Assembly (NCBI GenBank): GCA_016748015.1
Contig: JAAOMT010000710.1
Span: 372,001-436,000, forward strand
Source of the DNA: Geosiphon pyriformis uo1
Lineage: Eukaryota > Fungi > Glomeromycota
DNA length: 64,000 nucleotides
Reading direction: 5' to 3'
Both the position numbers and the translations under genes were made by a program. This document shows, piece after piece, positions 13,832-26,984 of the stretch (its first letter is position 1; each line of letters starts with the position of its first letter). The notes beneath the pieces were generated by a model, which had not been told where the DNA came from, did not search any database, and saw only the letters and a list, made by a program, of their open reading frames with translations.

Positions 13832-16800
13832 GTGGCAACCACACCAGACACAGCAACTCTAGAGTATTACCAGTCAATTTACACACACTGCAAGCAAAGA
13901 TTCAACATTCCAGATGGAATTGAAGTTGTCAAGAAATCAGTATACCAATACATTGAAAACTGCATCAACAATTATCTTTTTGGAAACTACAATATTTCAG
14001 AAGTTAGAAACAACCTCTACAATAATTTAGTGCACTATTCACAATTGGGAACAAAAGATCTGAACAGTGAAACACTTGCTACCTACTTCTAAGAACTTAA
14101 TTTTAATATTATTGAGTATTGTGAAGAAAAATACCCAGTACAGTTTAAATACTCTTTTGACTTTGAATCAGAGACAGAAACAAGCAACAAAGGCAAACAA
14201 AAATTAAAGCAATACTCAAAAACCACCCCAAATACTCCAATACTACCAAAAACAACTGCCAAACACTTACAAACACCTGAACAAAGAACCAGTTCAAAAC
14301 TCCCACTCACTATTACACTTTTTCTAACTTTACTTGCACAAACAGAAACTCCTAATTCACCTTTAAATCAATTTTCAAGACTAAAAGATTATACATCACC
14401 CAGAAGTCCCACCAGACAACAAGAAACTCTTCAGACTAGTACTAATCTTCTTGACTATTTAGCAGAAAACACAAGTGAACACTCTGAAACATTAGCCAAT
14501 GAAGAAAATGTTTCTGAATCTATTGAAGAAAAAGTAGAATCCAAAGAAGAAAGTGAATTAACAGATAACAAGGAAGAAGATGAAATGACAGCTTATATTG
14601 CAAAAATTCCTGAATTTAATGGAGAAGATATTGAGACCAGTTCCCAAGAATGACTCGACCAAGTTACTAAAGCTGAAGATGCAAATGGATGAAATGCTGC
14701 CAGAATGTTAAGAACAATTCCTTACTTTCTCAAAGAAACAACAAGCGAATGATTTGAAAACTTGATCATCTCTTTTAATGACTGGACAGCTTTCAAAACT
14801 GTCTTCTTAGAACAATTCACTGATAAAAACACCTCCATTACTCTTCAAAATTGTTTTCACAATATCAAACAAGAACTCTCTGAATCTGTCATGACTTATA
14901 TTAGAAAATTCAACAAACTTCTCAGACAAATTCGCCAACTTGAAACTAATGATTATTATTCTAATGCTCAAATCTTGAATCAATTTATCACTGGTCTAAA
15001 GGATAAACTGATTAAAAAGGTTTGCCCACATGCCCCAGAAGATTTAAACTCTGCCATACAGCATGCAAAGAGATACAAAATGGTCATAGAAGAGGCCAAT
15101 TGCACAAAACTTGTAAACTTGACCATTGGAAAAACCAGCTTAGCAGCTAAGGAGAAAATTAACCAACTCATGAAGAAAGTCAAAAACTATTTTACTAACC
15201 AACAACAACAGCAACTCCAAAGATATTAATCATCCCAAAGATGAAATCAAAATAACTTCACATCACTCTCTAATAACCAGCCTCAGAATTGCCATTACTG
15301 TGAAATTCCTGGTCACTGAAAAAGAGATTGCAGAAAGCTACAATGAGACCAACAAAATAGAAGTAATCAACATTACCCTCCACCACAGCAATCTTATTAT
15401 CAACCACCACCACCAGCTTACTATCTATCAAGACCCCAATACCAAAATAACTATTATTAGCCTGCCCCACAGCCAATCCAACAACAATACCAACAACCAC
15501 CCACACAATATTATCAAGTACCTGCTCAAAGATTGATTACACAAAATCAATTCACATCACAAAACCGATACCAAGTAAACAACAATAGAATCAGTTCAAA
15601 CAACCAATTGGTTCCCCGAAATTCCACTCAACCAAGACCCAACCACTATTATACTCAACTCAGTTATTTAACAATGACAGAAGAACAGGATTTTTACTAT
15701 ACTGCACTCTCGGAAGATAGAGCTGCAGCATGACAACAAAACTCTTCCTATATTCCTACCACAATTCCATTAGCCAGAATTGCTGAAAACACCAACCTTT
15801 TAGATATATTCCCTTTTGAGTTTGAAGCAAATGAGTTACTATTCTTGTTCAGCAATGCAGCCACCAACAAACAAAAAGCAATCACTGCTATGTACACTGA
15901 AGCAGAAGTTGAAGAAAAGACAATTTGCTTGATCCTAGACAGTGGATCCACTGGAAGTATTATTACCTATCAGTTGATACAACAGTTAAAGAGAAATGTT
16001 GACCAACCAGCTCAGACAGTAATTGTTACTGCTAATAGCATGAAAAAGACTCCCATAAGAGAAATTGACAATTTTTCATTCACTCTTGATGGAATCACCA
16101 TTCCAGTCAAAGTTCTTGTAATGGACGCATCCTAGTATCAAGCCCTTGTCGGAAATGATTGGCTTCAAAAAGCCAATGCAAAATTAGACTGAGAAATCCA
16201 AGAATTACAACTCTCCTATCAAGGACAACATGTCTGAGTACCCGCTACTTGTGGTACATTCAACAAACGATTGGAGAAAGCTTCTGTTTTTGAATTTGAA
16301 GAGAAGGAAGAAAAGCCTGTAGTTGAAACATTTATGGCCCTTGAATCAACATCTAACTGAGCTGAAGAAACTGAGCAAACATATTTTGCAACAAAATTAT
16401 ATCCAGAGGAACCAGAAACCCCTGAATGGAACATCCCATATTCTAAACCAGAACCAAAGAAATGACACTCTTACATTCGACTCAAATGCAAGGACTGCCA
16501 CAAAAAACTCTTCTTAATGGGAGCCTGCATTTAACCTGAAAAAGAATATGAAAATCATACTTGTTGTTACTGCAAAGCTTGCCACAGAGAACAATGGGGC
16601 CATCTAATAAAAAGAAGTGGAAAATGGGACAACACTCCTTGTTTGACTTGTGGAGATATGTTACCAGAAGAATGCAATTGGATTGATATAGCAATGAAAA
16701 GAGAAGTCTGCAATCAAACCTGCCAATATGCTTTATCAATTTCAGAAAAAGTCAAAAGAGGAACACCCTTTGATGCAGCATACAACAGTGCTTTTAACAA

Positions 16801-19468
16801 ACTCTATCACTATTCTCATGATGCTGAAATGATTTTCGACTTAGCAATGGCATTGGTTAATGGAGCTACCAAAGAAGATGTTTGTCAAATAAAAAAGCTG
16901 AATATATTAAATATATTTTAGAATTAGCTGAATACGATTATGAAGATGAAGTAGAAGTGTATTATCAAATTGCAAGTCACACCTACCCGACTAAAGAAGC
17001 TCAAGCTCAATGGCTAGAGCAAATGAACATTAAATTGTGTGAAAAATGCATAATGCCTTGTGATGAGCAATGATGCCCTGAATGCTATGCTCTTAGTATT
17101 CCCCTGCTCAATGAAAACAATAAAAACGAAATTGAATTTGAAGAACCTGAAGCAACAGAAAAAATTGAAACAACACATATTTATCTTATTGAAAATCAGC
17201 CTGCCTTACAACTCAAATACTTCAACAACAACGGACAAGAAATAAAATCTGAAAAAGCACATGAAATTGATACTGGATATGACCTAAGATATCCAAACAA
17301 AAATACTCTTGTTCTCAAACCCAAATCTCTCACAAAAATCAACCTCAAAATTGCCCTCGAAATCCTACCAGAAACAATAGTTCAAATTACCTCCCAGTTC
17401 TCTCTGGCAAGCAAAGGAATCAATGTCAGAGGAGGAATAATTGATACTGGTGATATAACAGTAATACTCCAAAACAAAACTGACAAGCCATTTAAGATTG
17501 AACATGCTGAGAAAATTGCCCAAGCCATTTATTTACTCTTAATTAATATTTTGGGTTTACAATTAGTCAATCAAAGAGAACAATTGGGAAAAAGTGAAAA
17601 AAGAACCCAAGGTTTTGGTTCAACTGGATGATTCACAGTTCCAGTAAACATAGCTCTCAATAAACAGAATGAGTCTCACCAGATTTTATGCTTTTCCCAA
17701 CCAATCACTATTTCATCTTTTGGAGAACACCCTGAAATTTATACCTGCCCAAAGTCAACAACCACCCAACAAATTTTTGAGTCTAATGAATGAATCTGCT
17801 TGGAAAATAATATCTTGATCCCAAATATTTATATTCCAGAAGGAACAAAGAAAGTCCAAGTTACTTTTTACAATCCCAACAATTATCTCATAGTTTTATT
17901 AAATAACTTAGAAATTGGAATCATTCACAGTAACATCTTTCAACAAGAATTACCCCAAACAGTCTCCGATTTCTCTGAAATTATTGGACATTCACTACCA
18001 AAAATCAACCCAAACCCCAACTTTAAAAACTACCATGTTGTCATGGAAAAACTATCTCGAATCAACATGGGACAACTTGAACCACAACAACAAAACCAGT
18101 TTAAAGAGCTAATTGCAGAATTTGCCAATATCTTTGCCAAAAACAACAATAACTTAGGAAGAACCGATTTGGTTCAACATCAAATCTACACAGAAGATAC
18201 CACCAAGATGACAGCAAGCCTACCAAGTTGCTCCAGAAAGTCACCAATTTATCTGCAAAGAAGTACAACGGATGCTCAACAATGGGCTTATTCAACCATC
18301 AATAAGTTCATGGGCCTTACCTGTGGTCTTAATTAAAAAGAAGAATGAAAAAATACAATTTTGTGTTGATTATTGACAACTCAACAGTGTCATTATTAGA
18401 GATGCCTACCCTCTTCCCCAAATTAATAACATGCTAGATGCTCTTGAAAAGTCCAAATACTTTTTGACATTAGATTTAGAGAGTAAATACTGGCAAGTTG
18501 CTATAGATCTCAAAGATCGCCCCAAAACAGCATTCACCACTCAAGAAAGAAATTACAAGTTCAATGTAATGCTTTTTGGATTATGCAATGTACCAGCAAC
18601 ATTCCAAAGACTCATGGATGTTGTTTATAAAGACCTCCTTTGAAAATCAGTAGTTGTCTATCTTGATGATACTGATGTTTACTTACCATCTTTTGAATTA
18701 CACTTAAAACACCTGCGAGAAGTCTTTCAATGATTACGGAAAGCAGAATTGAAACTGAACATCAAAAAATGCTACTTCAAAAAAACAAGTTTGGCCTTTC
18801 TTGGTTACATTATTAGTAAAAATGGAATCAAACCAGACCCTAGAAAAATCAGCACTGTCAAAAACTTTAAAACTCCTCAAAACACTACAGAACTAAGAGG
18901 ATTCATAGAATTAGTCTTTTACTATCGGAAGTTTATCAAAGGATTCTCAGAAATCACAAAACCTCTCAACCAGCTTACCACCAAAAATGTCAAATACAAA
19001 TGAACTGCTGAACACCAAAATGCATTTGAAATCCTCAAAGAAAAACTAATCACAGCTCCAATTCTCGCCTATTCAGATTTCAGTAACTGATTCCAGTTAG
19101 CAACAGATGTTTCTTATACTGCCTTTAGTGCCATCTTATCACAGTTAGATGACAATGAAAATGAGCGAGTAATTGCTTATACTAGTAGAATATTAAAACC
19201 AGCTGAAAAGAACTACCCTACAACAGAATTAGAAACTGCAGCAGTAATCTGGGCTCTACATCACTTCAACCTTTACCTCAGACCCAAAGAATTCGATATT
19301 ATTACTGATAATATTGGACTCAAATGGCTTCAAAACAAAAACACTCAGCTGAATGCCAAACAAATCCGATGGACAGGATTTTTAGCCAACTATCAATACA
19401 TTGTACATCACAAATCAAGAAAACTCCACACCAATGTTGATTGTCTCTCAAGAATGAGACAAGATTAG
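13832..19468 (+). pseudogene. G1 ORF1: Gag-PR-Cys-rich domain-dUTPase-RT-RNase H
   Basis: Capsid starts MTAYIAKIPEF (14585); CHYCxIPGHxKRDC; LILDSGS; dUTPase motifs 17250-17630; VVYLDDT; QLATD; ends SRMRQD-TAG. Confidence 0.92.
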
Positions 19469-19514
19469 AACATAAAAACAACACCCATTTGAATTAACAA
19501 CAAAACAACAAACA

Positions 19515-20900
19515 ATGAACCCCGAAAACTACAACAATCTTAAACAATATTTGGAGACATTAACAATCCCAACAGATTGGTCTTCAGATAAAAAACATTG
19601 GTTACAACAACAAGCCAAATAATACTTCTTACACAACAACATAATTTATTATCAAAACTTCAGAAACTCAGACAATCCACTCAGATTAATACAAGAATAT
19701 GAAAAAGAAACCATTTTATATAACATGCACTCAAACCCTTCATCAGCACACCTAGAAAAAGACAGCACCACCCAGAGAACACTAGAATATTATTTTTGGC
19801 CTTAAATGAGAAAAGACATTCATGAATATGTTAAGTCTTGTAATAGTTGTCAAAGAAGAGAAGGAACTTGCCCTACAGAATCTTTAAACCCAATTAAAGT
19901 TGGACAGCTTTTTGACCGAGTTGGTATCAATTTAGTCAGACCATTTCCTATCACAAACCAAGGAAACCGTTATATTGCAGTAGCTGTAAACTATCTCACC
20001 AAATGGCCTGAAGCCAGAGCCATTCAATAAACAGATGCGAAATCAGTAGCAAACTTCATCTATGAAGACATCATTTGTAGACATAGATGCCCAATAAAAC
20101 TTTTATCTGATCAAAGAACACATTTCATGAACAATTTAATCCAGGAAATTTGTGAATGATTTAATGTCAAAAAACCATTATCTTTGCCTTACCATCCACA
20201 AACAAATGGACTTGTAGAACATTTCAACAGAATATTGTGTGAATCATTAGCCAAAGTCTTAACTGATTTTGAGCAAGAATGGGATCTCTTTATTCCATCA
20301 GTGTTATTAGCATATAGAACACTAAAACAAGATACCACAAAACACACACTATTTGATTTAATTTATGAAAGGACAACAATATTACCAATTAGTTTCACAA
20401 TGGAAACATACTCAGTACAACCAATTAATAAAGACAACTTTCAGAAAACACTACAACAAAGAGCCTACACTCTGCTTAACATGTTGGAAGGAAAATGACA
20501 AATAGCAGCCACCCATATTAAACACTTCTAAGCTCAACAAAAAGAATGGCATGATGACAAATTGCCTCCAGTTACCAATGGATTTAAAATCAGAAACAAA
20601 GTTCTCTTACACAGAACTAAAGCTGAAAAACAATGGAGTAGAAAATTTGAAAATAAATGGGATGGATCATTCTTTATCCATGAAATCCTAGGCAATGGAT
20701 TATACAAGCTAAGACTTGAGAACAAAATCCTAGCAAAAGTTACACATGAAGATTGTTTGAAATACTATAATTCCAGAAACAATCCTGAACCATTAATTCC
20801 ACAAATTGGTACACATTCCCCTTTAATCAATCCTGAAGATATTCCTTGAAATTTAGAACCAATAGTTGTCATTGAACAACCTCTCAACTTAAACACTTAA
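19515..20900 (+). pseudogene. G1 integrase ORF (separate frame)
   Basis: ATG 19515; HHCC; GINLV..SDQ..YHPQTNGLVE; GPY/F-like KWDGSF; 1386 nt in one frame. Confidence 0.92.
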
Positions 20901-21022
20901 TTTAAATTTATTATTATAGTTATCTTTTTATAATTTAGAAACAATTTCACAAAAACAAAACAAAAATAACATAAAAACCCATACACCAAAAATAAATTTC
21001 TTTTATTTTCAAATCTCTTATA

Positions 21023-21735
21023 ATGACTATTCCTCAAAACATTCAACAATTATCCCAAAAACTAATGTTAGTTTTAAAAACAATACCTGAATTATTTATT
21101 ACTGTTACTGGAAACCACATTAATTATACCCAAACAGAAGTAGTTATAAATTTAGTCCCAAATGCATGAAAATATCACTCGTATAAGAAAAACACAAGAA
21201 GTTATTTTGGAATTCATCTGCCAGAACTTTTGCTTTAAGAGCAAACTTAATGTTCACTCCTATTAATATTCCACCAAATGCTACTATTCAACAAAAACTT
21301 CAACTGTGTTTTAATGAAGAAAACTATAACTATACTCCAATATATAAATATTTCTACATTGGAAAAACACTTTACGAACAAAAATGGGAGCTTACAACAG
21401 CAAATCTCACAAAAGAAACTATTCGGAAACAACTTCACAATGAATTCAAGACAACAGCTGGATCTACAAACAGTTGTTATAAACTAAGAGCTGCTCTTAG
21501 ACTTTATAACCTATTCCACATCTGTGAAAACATTCTACAAAACCCAATTTTACAGCTTTTGAAGATTCAATACATTGAAAAGCTCACAGAACTGAAATTT
21601 CAACAATTTTCAGACCAAATTTCTTCAATAATTTTGGATTATTATCTGGAAATTACAGACAGTACTTGGACTTCGACAGAGCTCAGTTTTGAGGAGGAGA
21701 TTATGTTACCAGATGAAATTAGAGATATTATTTAG
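21023..21735 (+). pseudogene. G1 ORF3, unknown function
   Basis: Homologous to intact G4 ORF3; frameshift near 21240; ends inside the 3' LTR. Confidence 0.85.
21691..21700 (+). promoter_or_regulatory. G1 polypurine tract
   Basis: GAGGAGGAGA, 3 nt before the 3' LTR. Confidence 0.85.
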
Positions 21736-22686
21736 CATAAAATTATCTTTATAATTCCTATTATTAATTAGCATATATTATTGTTTCAAATTATCACTTA
21801 TTACATTAGCAAAATGTCCGAAATTATCATTTAATTAATAACCCAATTTGTACATAATACAGATGTAACCTAATTGCAATGATCAATCATGCAATACTCC
21901 GAAATATGTAACATTCAAAAGTTTACTGAAATTTGTAGAAATTCACCGAAATAATTGATAGTTCACCGAAATATCTAATAGTTTGCAGAAATAACTTGTA
22001 GTTTGCCAAAATGTATCTTTAGTTCAGCAAAATTGTAGAAAAGAGCAAAGTTCAAGTTCATAGAATAGTGTTACGACAAGTTGTATAAAAGAAGAGCTTC
22101 TCTCTTCGAGAAAATGTATTTTGCTTCAGATTTAACAATTAGAATCATCCTTTACACACAAAAATGAAATAAATATCAAATAATTTGAAAAATCAAATTC
22201 TTAATTATTTCCCTTTTGAAATTAACCAATTCCTATTAAACAGTTTTGAAATTGATTAGCTACCAATTTCAATAAACTGTTAGTAACTCCAGGCCTAGAT
22301 AGAAAATGTTTCTCTTGACAGAATTCTATTTCTTTTATATTTCTTTTATTTTCTTTTTTTTATTTTCTTATTATAATCATTAGGATAGTCTACAAATGAG
22401 ATTCCTGTAAAAGAGTTGACTTTCACAGCAAAGTAACTACACATTTTTAGTGAGCTTCCAGATGAGCAATTTCTAGGAAAGAGTTGACATTTACTATAAT
22501 GTAACTACACAAAGCAACTGGCATGGAATTGGCCATTCCACTTATAAGCCCAGCAGTTCAAATTATAGGAAATAATTTGAAGATAAATTCAGTTACTGGA
22601 GGTTCAACTACTTCCTAAAAACGTGAATTCACAGCAAATCAACATCAACAACATTCAAAAAAAGAGACCAAAAACCTCTGGTAACA
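21704..22686 (+). repeat. G1 3' LTR
   Basis: Copy of 12804-13786. Confidence 0.97.
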
Positions 22687-23000
22687 ATGGTCTGAGTCCC
22701 TATCAGCAAGAATATTACCTTCTCTATAATCAAAGCTGGTTTCTTCAACCAAACATTCTTTCTCCATGTCCACACTATCAGACTCAGTAGTATTACCAGT
22801 CTCAGACTTCCAAAAACAACCACTTGACATCTTAGCAGTAGCAAATTTTCTATTACCAATATTATCCTTCAAAACACCACCTCTCTTTTTCTTTTTAGAC
22901 TCAGCAGACTTAACTCCAATATTAAAACCAGGCTCTATAATAGATTTGTTCAGAACGGCAATACTAGGGCTAACTGTGGTCTTGTAATTGAGCAAAAATG
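22687..23000 (-). pseudogene. LINE A ORF1, N-terminal part (start uncertain)
   Basis: SETGNTTESDSVDMEKECLVEETSFDY matches LINE B 27160-27250; joins 12803 after removing G1. Confidence 0.8.
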
Positions 23001-23115
23001 GTTTGGATTTATTGTGCTGAATGTTGAAAAAAACTTCTTTCAGAAAAATTTCTTGGCTCTTTTTTGGGAATTTGGGATGAATAAGAGAAAGAATATTTTT
23101 TTTTGTTCTTAATTT

Positions 23116-25115
23116 CTGCATATTTTTAATATTGCTAGTAAATTTTTTAAGATTAATAATATTTTTATTAATATTAATAAAACTGTAATTATCTTAAATA
23201 ACTAATAAATTGTTAATTTTTTCTTAATTATTAATAGATTACTTATTATTATTATTATTATTATTATTAAAAAAAATATATTTGAATATTTTTTTGTTTA
23301 TAAATAATTTTTTCAAGTTTAATCTTGTTAAAACTTATTTTAATATTAAGTTTTTTATTAATATGATTTTAAGAAAGACTATATAATAAATAAACAATTT
23401 TTGTATTTGGTTTTTGTTATATTGTAGTTTATTATTAATTATAAATTTTAATTTAGTTTTATCTTTAAGAATATATATTAAAAATAGAATATAATAATTT
23501 GTAAAAACTTGAAAAATAAAACAAATTTTTTAGAAACTTTTTAAATAAAATCTTATATTATTTTTTTCTGTATAGTCTTAAATTTTTTAAACAAATATAA
23601 ACTAAGAACAAAATTATATTATTAATAATATTTTTAAATACTTTTGGTATTATTAATTGGTTTTTTAAACACTAGTTTTTAAATTTACAAGTTTTTGATT
23701 AAGCTTTCAAAAATTTATTGCAATTTATATTAAATTAAAAGTTAATTTAATTAATAATTTTTTGGCTAACATAATTAAAATTCTATTTAATTGTGATATT
23801 TTTTGATAAACTTTTTTTTTCAGTTTTTTTTGGTTCTAATAACACTTTTATTTTAAATATTTTAAGTATTTTATTATATTATAAAATGATTGGCTTTTTA
23901 AAAAAATTTAAAATAGCTTTTAGTAAATATTTAATTAATAAATATAATTAAATTTTTAAGTAAAAAACTTTTTATTATTGAAAAAAACTGAATTTAAAAA
24001 ATTTTGTATTGTGTTAATTTATTTTTACTATTAGTTTTTTCGAAAAAAAAACTTACATATAGTTGTTTTATTTTTTGATTATAGTTTTAGCTATTAAAAT
24101 ATTTTTCATTCTTATAATTTATTTATAATTAAAAAATATTTAATAAAAACAAAATTGTCAATTATAAGTGTTCTTACAAATAATTTATAAATAAAATTAA
24201 ATTTTTGTAATATATTCAAAAAAATTGTAATATTTTTTAATTTGAGTTTGAATATTAGTGTTTAAATTTTTGGCTTGGTATTATTAATATTGGCTAAATT
24301 ATAAACTATTTTTTTATATAATTAATATTAAGTCTAATAATCTAATAGTCCTTAATTTTTGTATTTTAAAGCTTAATTTGTTATTGTTAAATATTTGTAA
24401 TTATTGTTAAATTAAAAAAAAACAGATTATTAATTTTATTTAAGTTAAAAACATTTTAATTATTTGATTTAAAATTAAGAATTACTTTAATATAATTGAT
24501 AATTTAATTGGCAAAACTATTTGTTTATTTAGTTTTAATTTGTAAAAATCTTATTTAAGCTAATAAAATAATTATCTTAAATAATATTTACTATTTTGTT
24601 TATAATATATATTAAATAATTAATTGTAATTAATAAAAAATTAAATATTAATATAATTTTAAGTATATAATTAAAAATATAAACTAATATTATATATTTT
24701 TGGTTTAATATTTTAATGTCTATATAAGATCAAATTTCATTAATAAATTTATAACTAATATGTATATATATTTAATAAAATCTATTTATAGACAATTTTT
24801 TGTTGCTGTTTAAAATATCTATATAATAAGTATTACTTTGGGATTTTTTATCTTTATTGTAAAAATATTGAATTTTTAGATTATGTTTTATATATAAATT
24901 GGATTTTATTGTTTGTTTAAAGTTGTTAAAAAATTTGTTTAAATTTTGGGTTTTTTTATTAATGTTTTGTTTTTGTTGTTTTTAGTTTTGTGTTTGCATA
25001 TTTTTAATATCTTAAATATTTTATATATAATTATGTATAAAAGTTTTGTATTTAATGTTTAAGAATACTAAATTAGCTTGTTTATATTTTATCTTTTTTA
25101 CATATTATTTAATAA
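23116..25115 (+). mobile_element. LINE relic C, part 2 (decayed RT C-terminus, RNase H, Cys finger)
   Basis: Colinear with LINE B ~61450-63490 when G/C are read as A/T, e.g. 23350-23410 ttttttattaatatgattttaagaaagact..taaacaatttttgtatttgg. Confidence 0.8.
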
Positions 25116-26480
25116 TTTATTTAATTAATACAATTTAACAAGTAAAGTCCAACTGCTATTATAGGATGGTTTTCTTGATATATTTAATTGCTGATATTTT
25201 GTTTTAATTGCAATTAATTTTTTATGAATTTTTTAATTCTATTTGTATAATAATGTTATTGTTATATTAAAAACTTTCTCTTTAATATCACAATATAAGT
25301 TATTTCTTAATTTCTGATTTTTGTGTGTGTTTATATATTTTTTTTCAAAAGCTGAACTGAAATTTACTCACTATTTGGAGTCTTTTTTGAGACTATTCTT
25401 GCAATTGCCTAATGTGTTTTTTTAATCTAAAAACACAGAATGTTAATGGTTTTTAGTGTTTTTTTCAATTAGTAACAATATGAATAATCTTAATTAAAGA
25501 TTATTTTTCCAAGAGATTCAGCTGATAAATAATAGTTTTATTCAATAAATAATACAAGTAAGTTTCTTAATACTTTGAATTGTAATCATTTAGTTTTCAA
25601 TATTTTTTTTTCATTTTTTTTTGATTAAAAGTTTTTGTGAATATTTATTTTTAAAAGTAAAGACTAAAGGATTATTAAAATAAAATTGTTGAATAAATTG
25701 TTTGATAACTTGTTTTTATGATTTGTTTTTATGACTTTTTAAATAATATTGTTTTTTTCAATATTAAAGCTATTGTATATATACATGTTTGTAGTTTTAC
25801 AAGAAAACATATTGTAATATTTTTTTTTGGTATTTTAATCTGGTATTTGCTCCTATTATTAGTTGGTGTTGACTACTATTACCAGTTGGTATTGGCTGTT
25901 ATTGTGAACTGGTGCTTGCCACTATTATGAGATAGTACTTATCACTATATTAATTATTATTTTTCTAGGATTATTACTGTGCTATATTATAATTAAATAA
26001 TTTATATTATTTTATGATTTTTTTGTTAAATTATTAAATTATAACACCACTATTTAATATACAGAATCAGACTAAGTAATCTAAATTAGATGTAATTTAC
26101 ACATTTTTTATATATGGTTAGCTATTTGAGTTAGACAAAACAATATTATACACTTATTATAACTCTTATACTGTCAAACAAACCTAAAAAAAAAACATGA
26201 CTTATGCCTACTAAAACTAACAGCAAAAAACTCAATAATACCAAAAAACCAGACTATATTATCTGATAACTCAGCTGTCAGACCACAAAACAAATTATAT
26301 ACCACTCTATTATCACTTGTTAAACTGGTTTTTTCCATTTCAGCCTTAAATTTAGCTCTATCCAGCCAAACCAATGAACAATACTTCTCTACTAATTAAC
26401 TCACAAATAAAACAACAACTGTTATAGCTTCTTTCTTAATTTTAAATACTACCAACACTTTCATACATCTGTTTTTAAGC
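25116..26480 (-). mobile_element. LINE D, 5'-truncated 3' fragment interrupted by a solo LTR
   Basis: 3' UTR at 25131-25156 and 26051-26150; ORF 26174-26374 (VWLDRAKFKAEMEK) matches the ORF2 C-terminus; candidate TSD ATTTAATAA 25107-25115 and 26481-26489. Confidence 0.8.
25157..26046 (-). mobile_element. Solo LTR (~890 bp), decayed, distantly G3-like
   Basis: Ends TATTAT..ATAACA (decayed TGTTAC..GTAACA); TSD CTGC/CCAC; removal restores the LINE D 3' UTR; ~21-bp tandem repeats at 25850-25945. Confidence 0.75.
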
Positions 26481-26866
26481 ATTTAATAAAAAGTTATAAA
26501 AAAAAATATAATTATATAAGTTTAAATACAAGATTATAATAAAAAAAATAATTTGATTAATAATAATTTATCTGTTTTTTATAATTTATATAATTTAATT
26601 AATAATTTGTTTAAGAAAGTAATTTACTGTATATACTTAATATTAATAAAGTTTATAATTAACTTTAATTACTATAATAACTACATATTTTTTTCGAGTT
26701 TTAATAATAGTATTAATATAAATATAAATATATAATATAGTTTTAATTAGTTTAAATAACTGGCTATATATAATAAATACATAAATTATATTTAATTATA
26801 AATATTTAATTTGTTTATATATACTAAATAATAATTAAAATACTTATTAAATAAATAAATAAATAA
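26481..26866 (+). mobile_element. LINE relic C, part 3 (ORF2 end, 3' UTR, (TAAA)n tail)
   Basis: tataatatagttttaattagtttaaataactggctatatata is the AT-converted form of the LINE A 3' UTR tgtagtgttgttctgaccagtccaagtggctggtcacatgta. Confidence 0.75.
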
Positions 26867-26984
26867 AAATTAAAAAATACAAAAAACTTTTCTCTTTTTT
26901 TTGCCCATAATTCCCAAAAAAGAGTCAATAATCTTTCAAAAAAAGTTTTTTACAATTCAATATGATAAATTCAAACTATTTATT

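Larger units (their letters stand above)
12804..22686 (+). mobile_element. G1: full-length Ty3/Gypsy LTR retrotransposon with dUTPase
   Basis: Two 983-bp LTRs TGTTACC...GGTAACA, PBS, PPT, PR-RT-RH-IN order; TSD ACAG/ATGG (ancestral ACGG). Confidence 0.97.
6483..23115 (-). mobile_element. LINE A, full-length (~6.75 kb net) non-LTR retrotransposon interrupted by G1
   Basis: Poly(A) at 6483-6490; ORF1 and ORF2 domains; TSD CTGCATA at 6475-6481 and 23116-23122; net length matches LINE B. Confidence 0.9.

Noticed and set aside
13832-19468. Alternative genetic code or programmed readthrough explaining in-frame stops
   Set aside because: Stop positions mostly differ between copies and match C>T/G>A mutation of sense codons.
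22645-23121. 158-aa ORF (and the tail of 28806-29030) as independent genes
   Set aside because: Chimeric read-through from LINE sequence into an inserted LTR.
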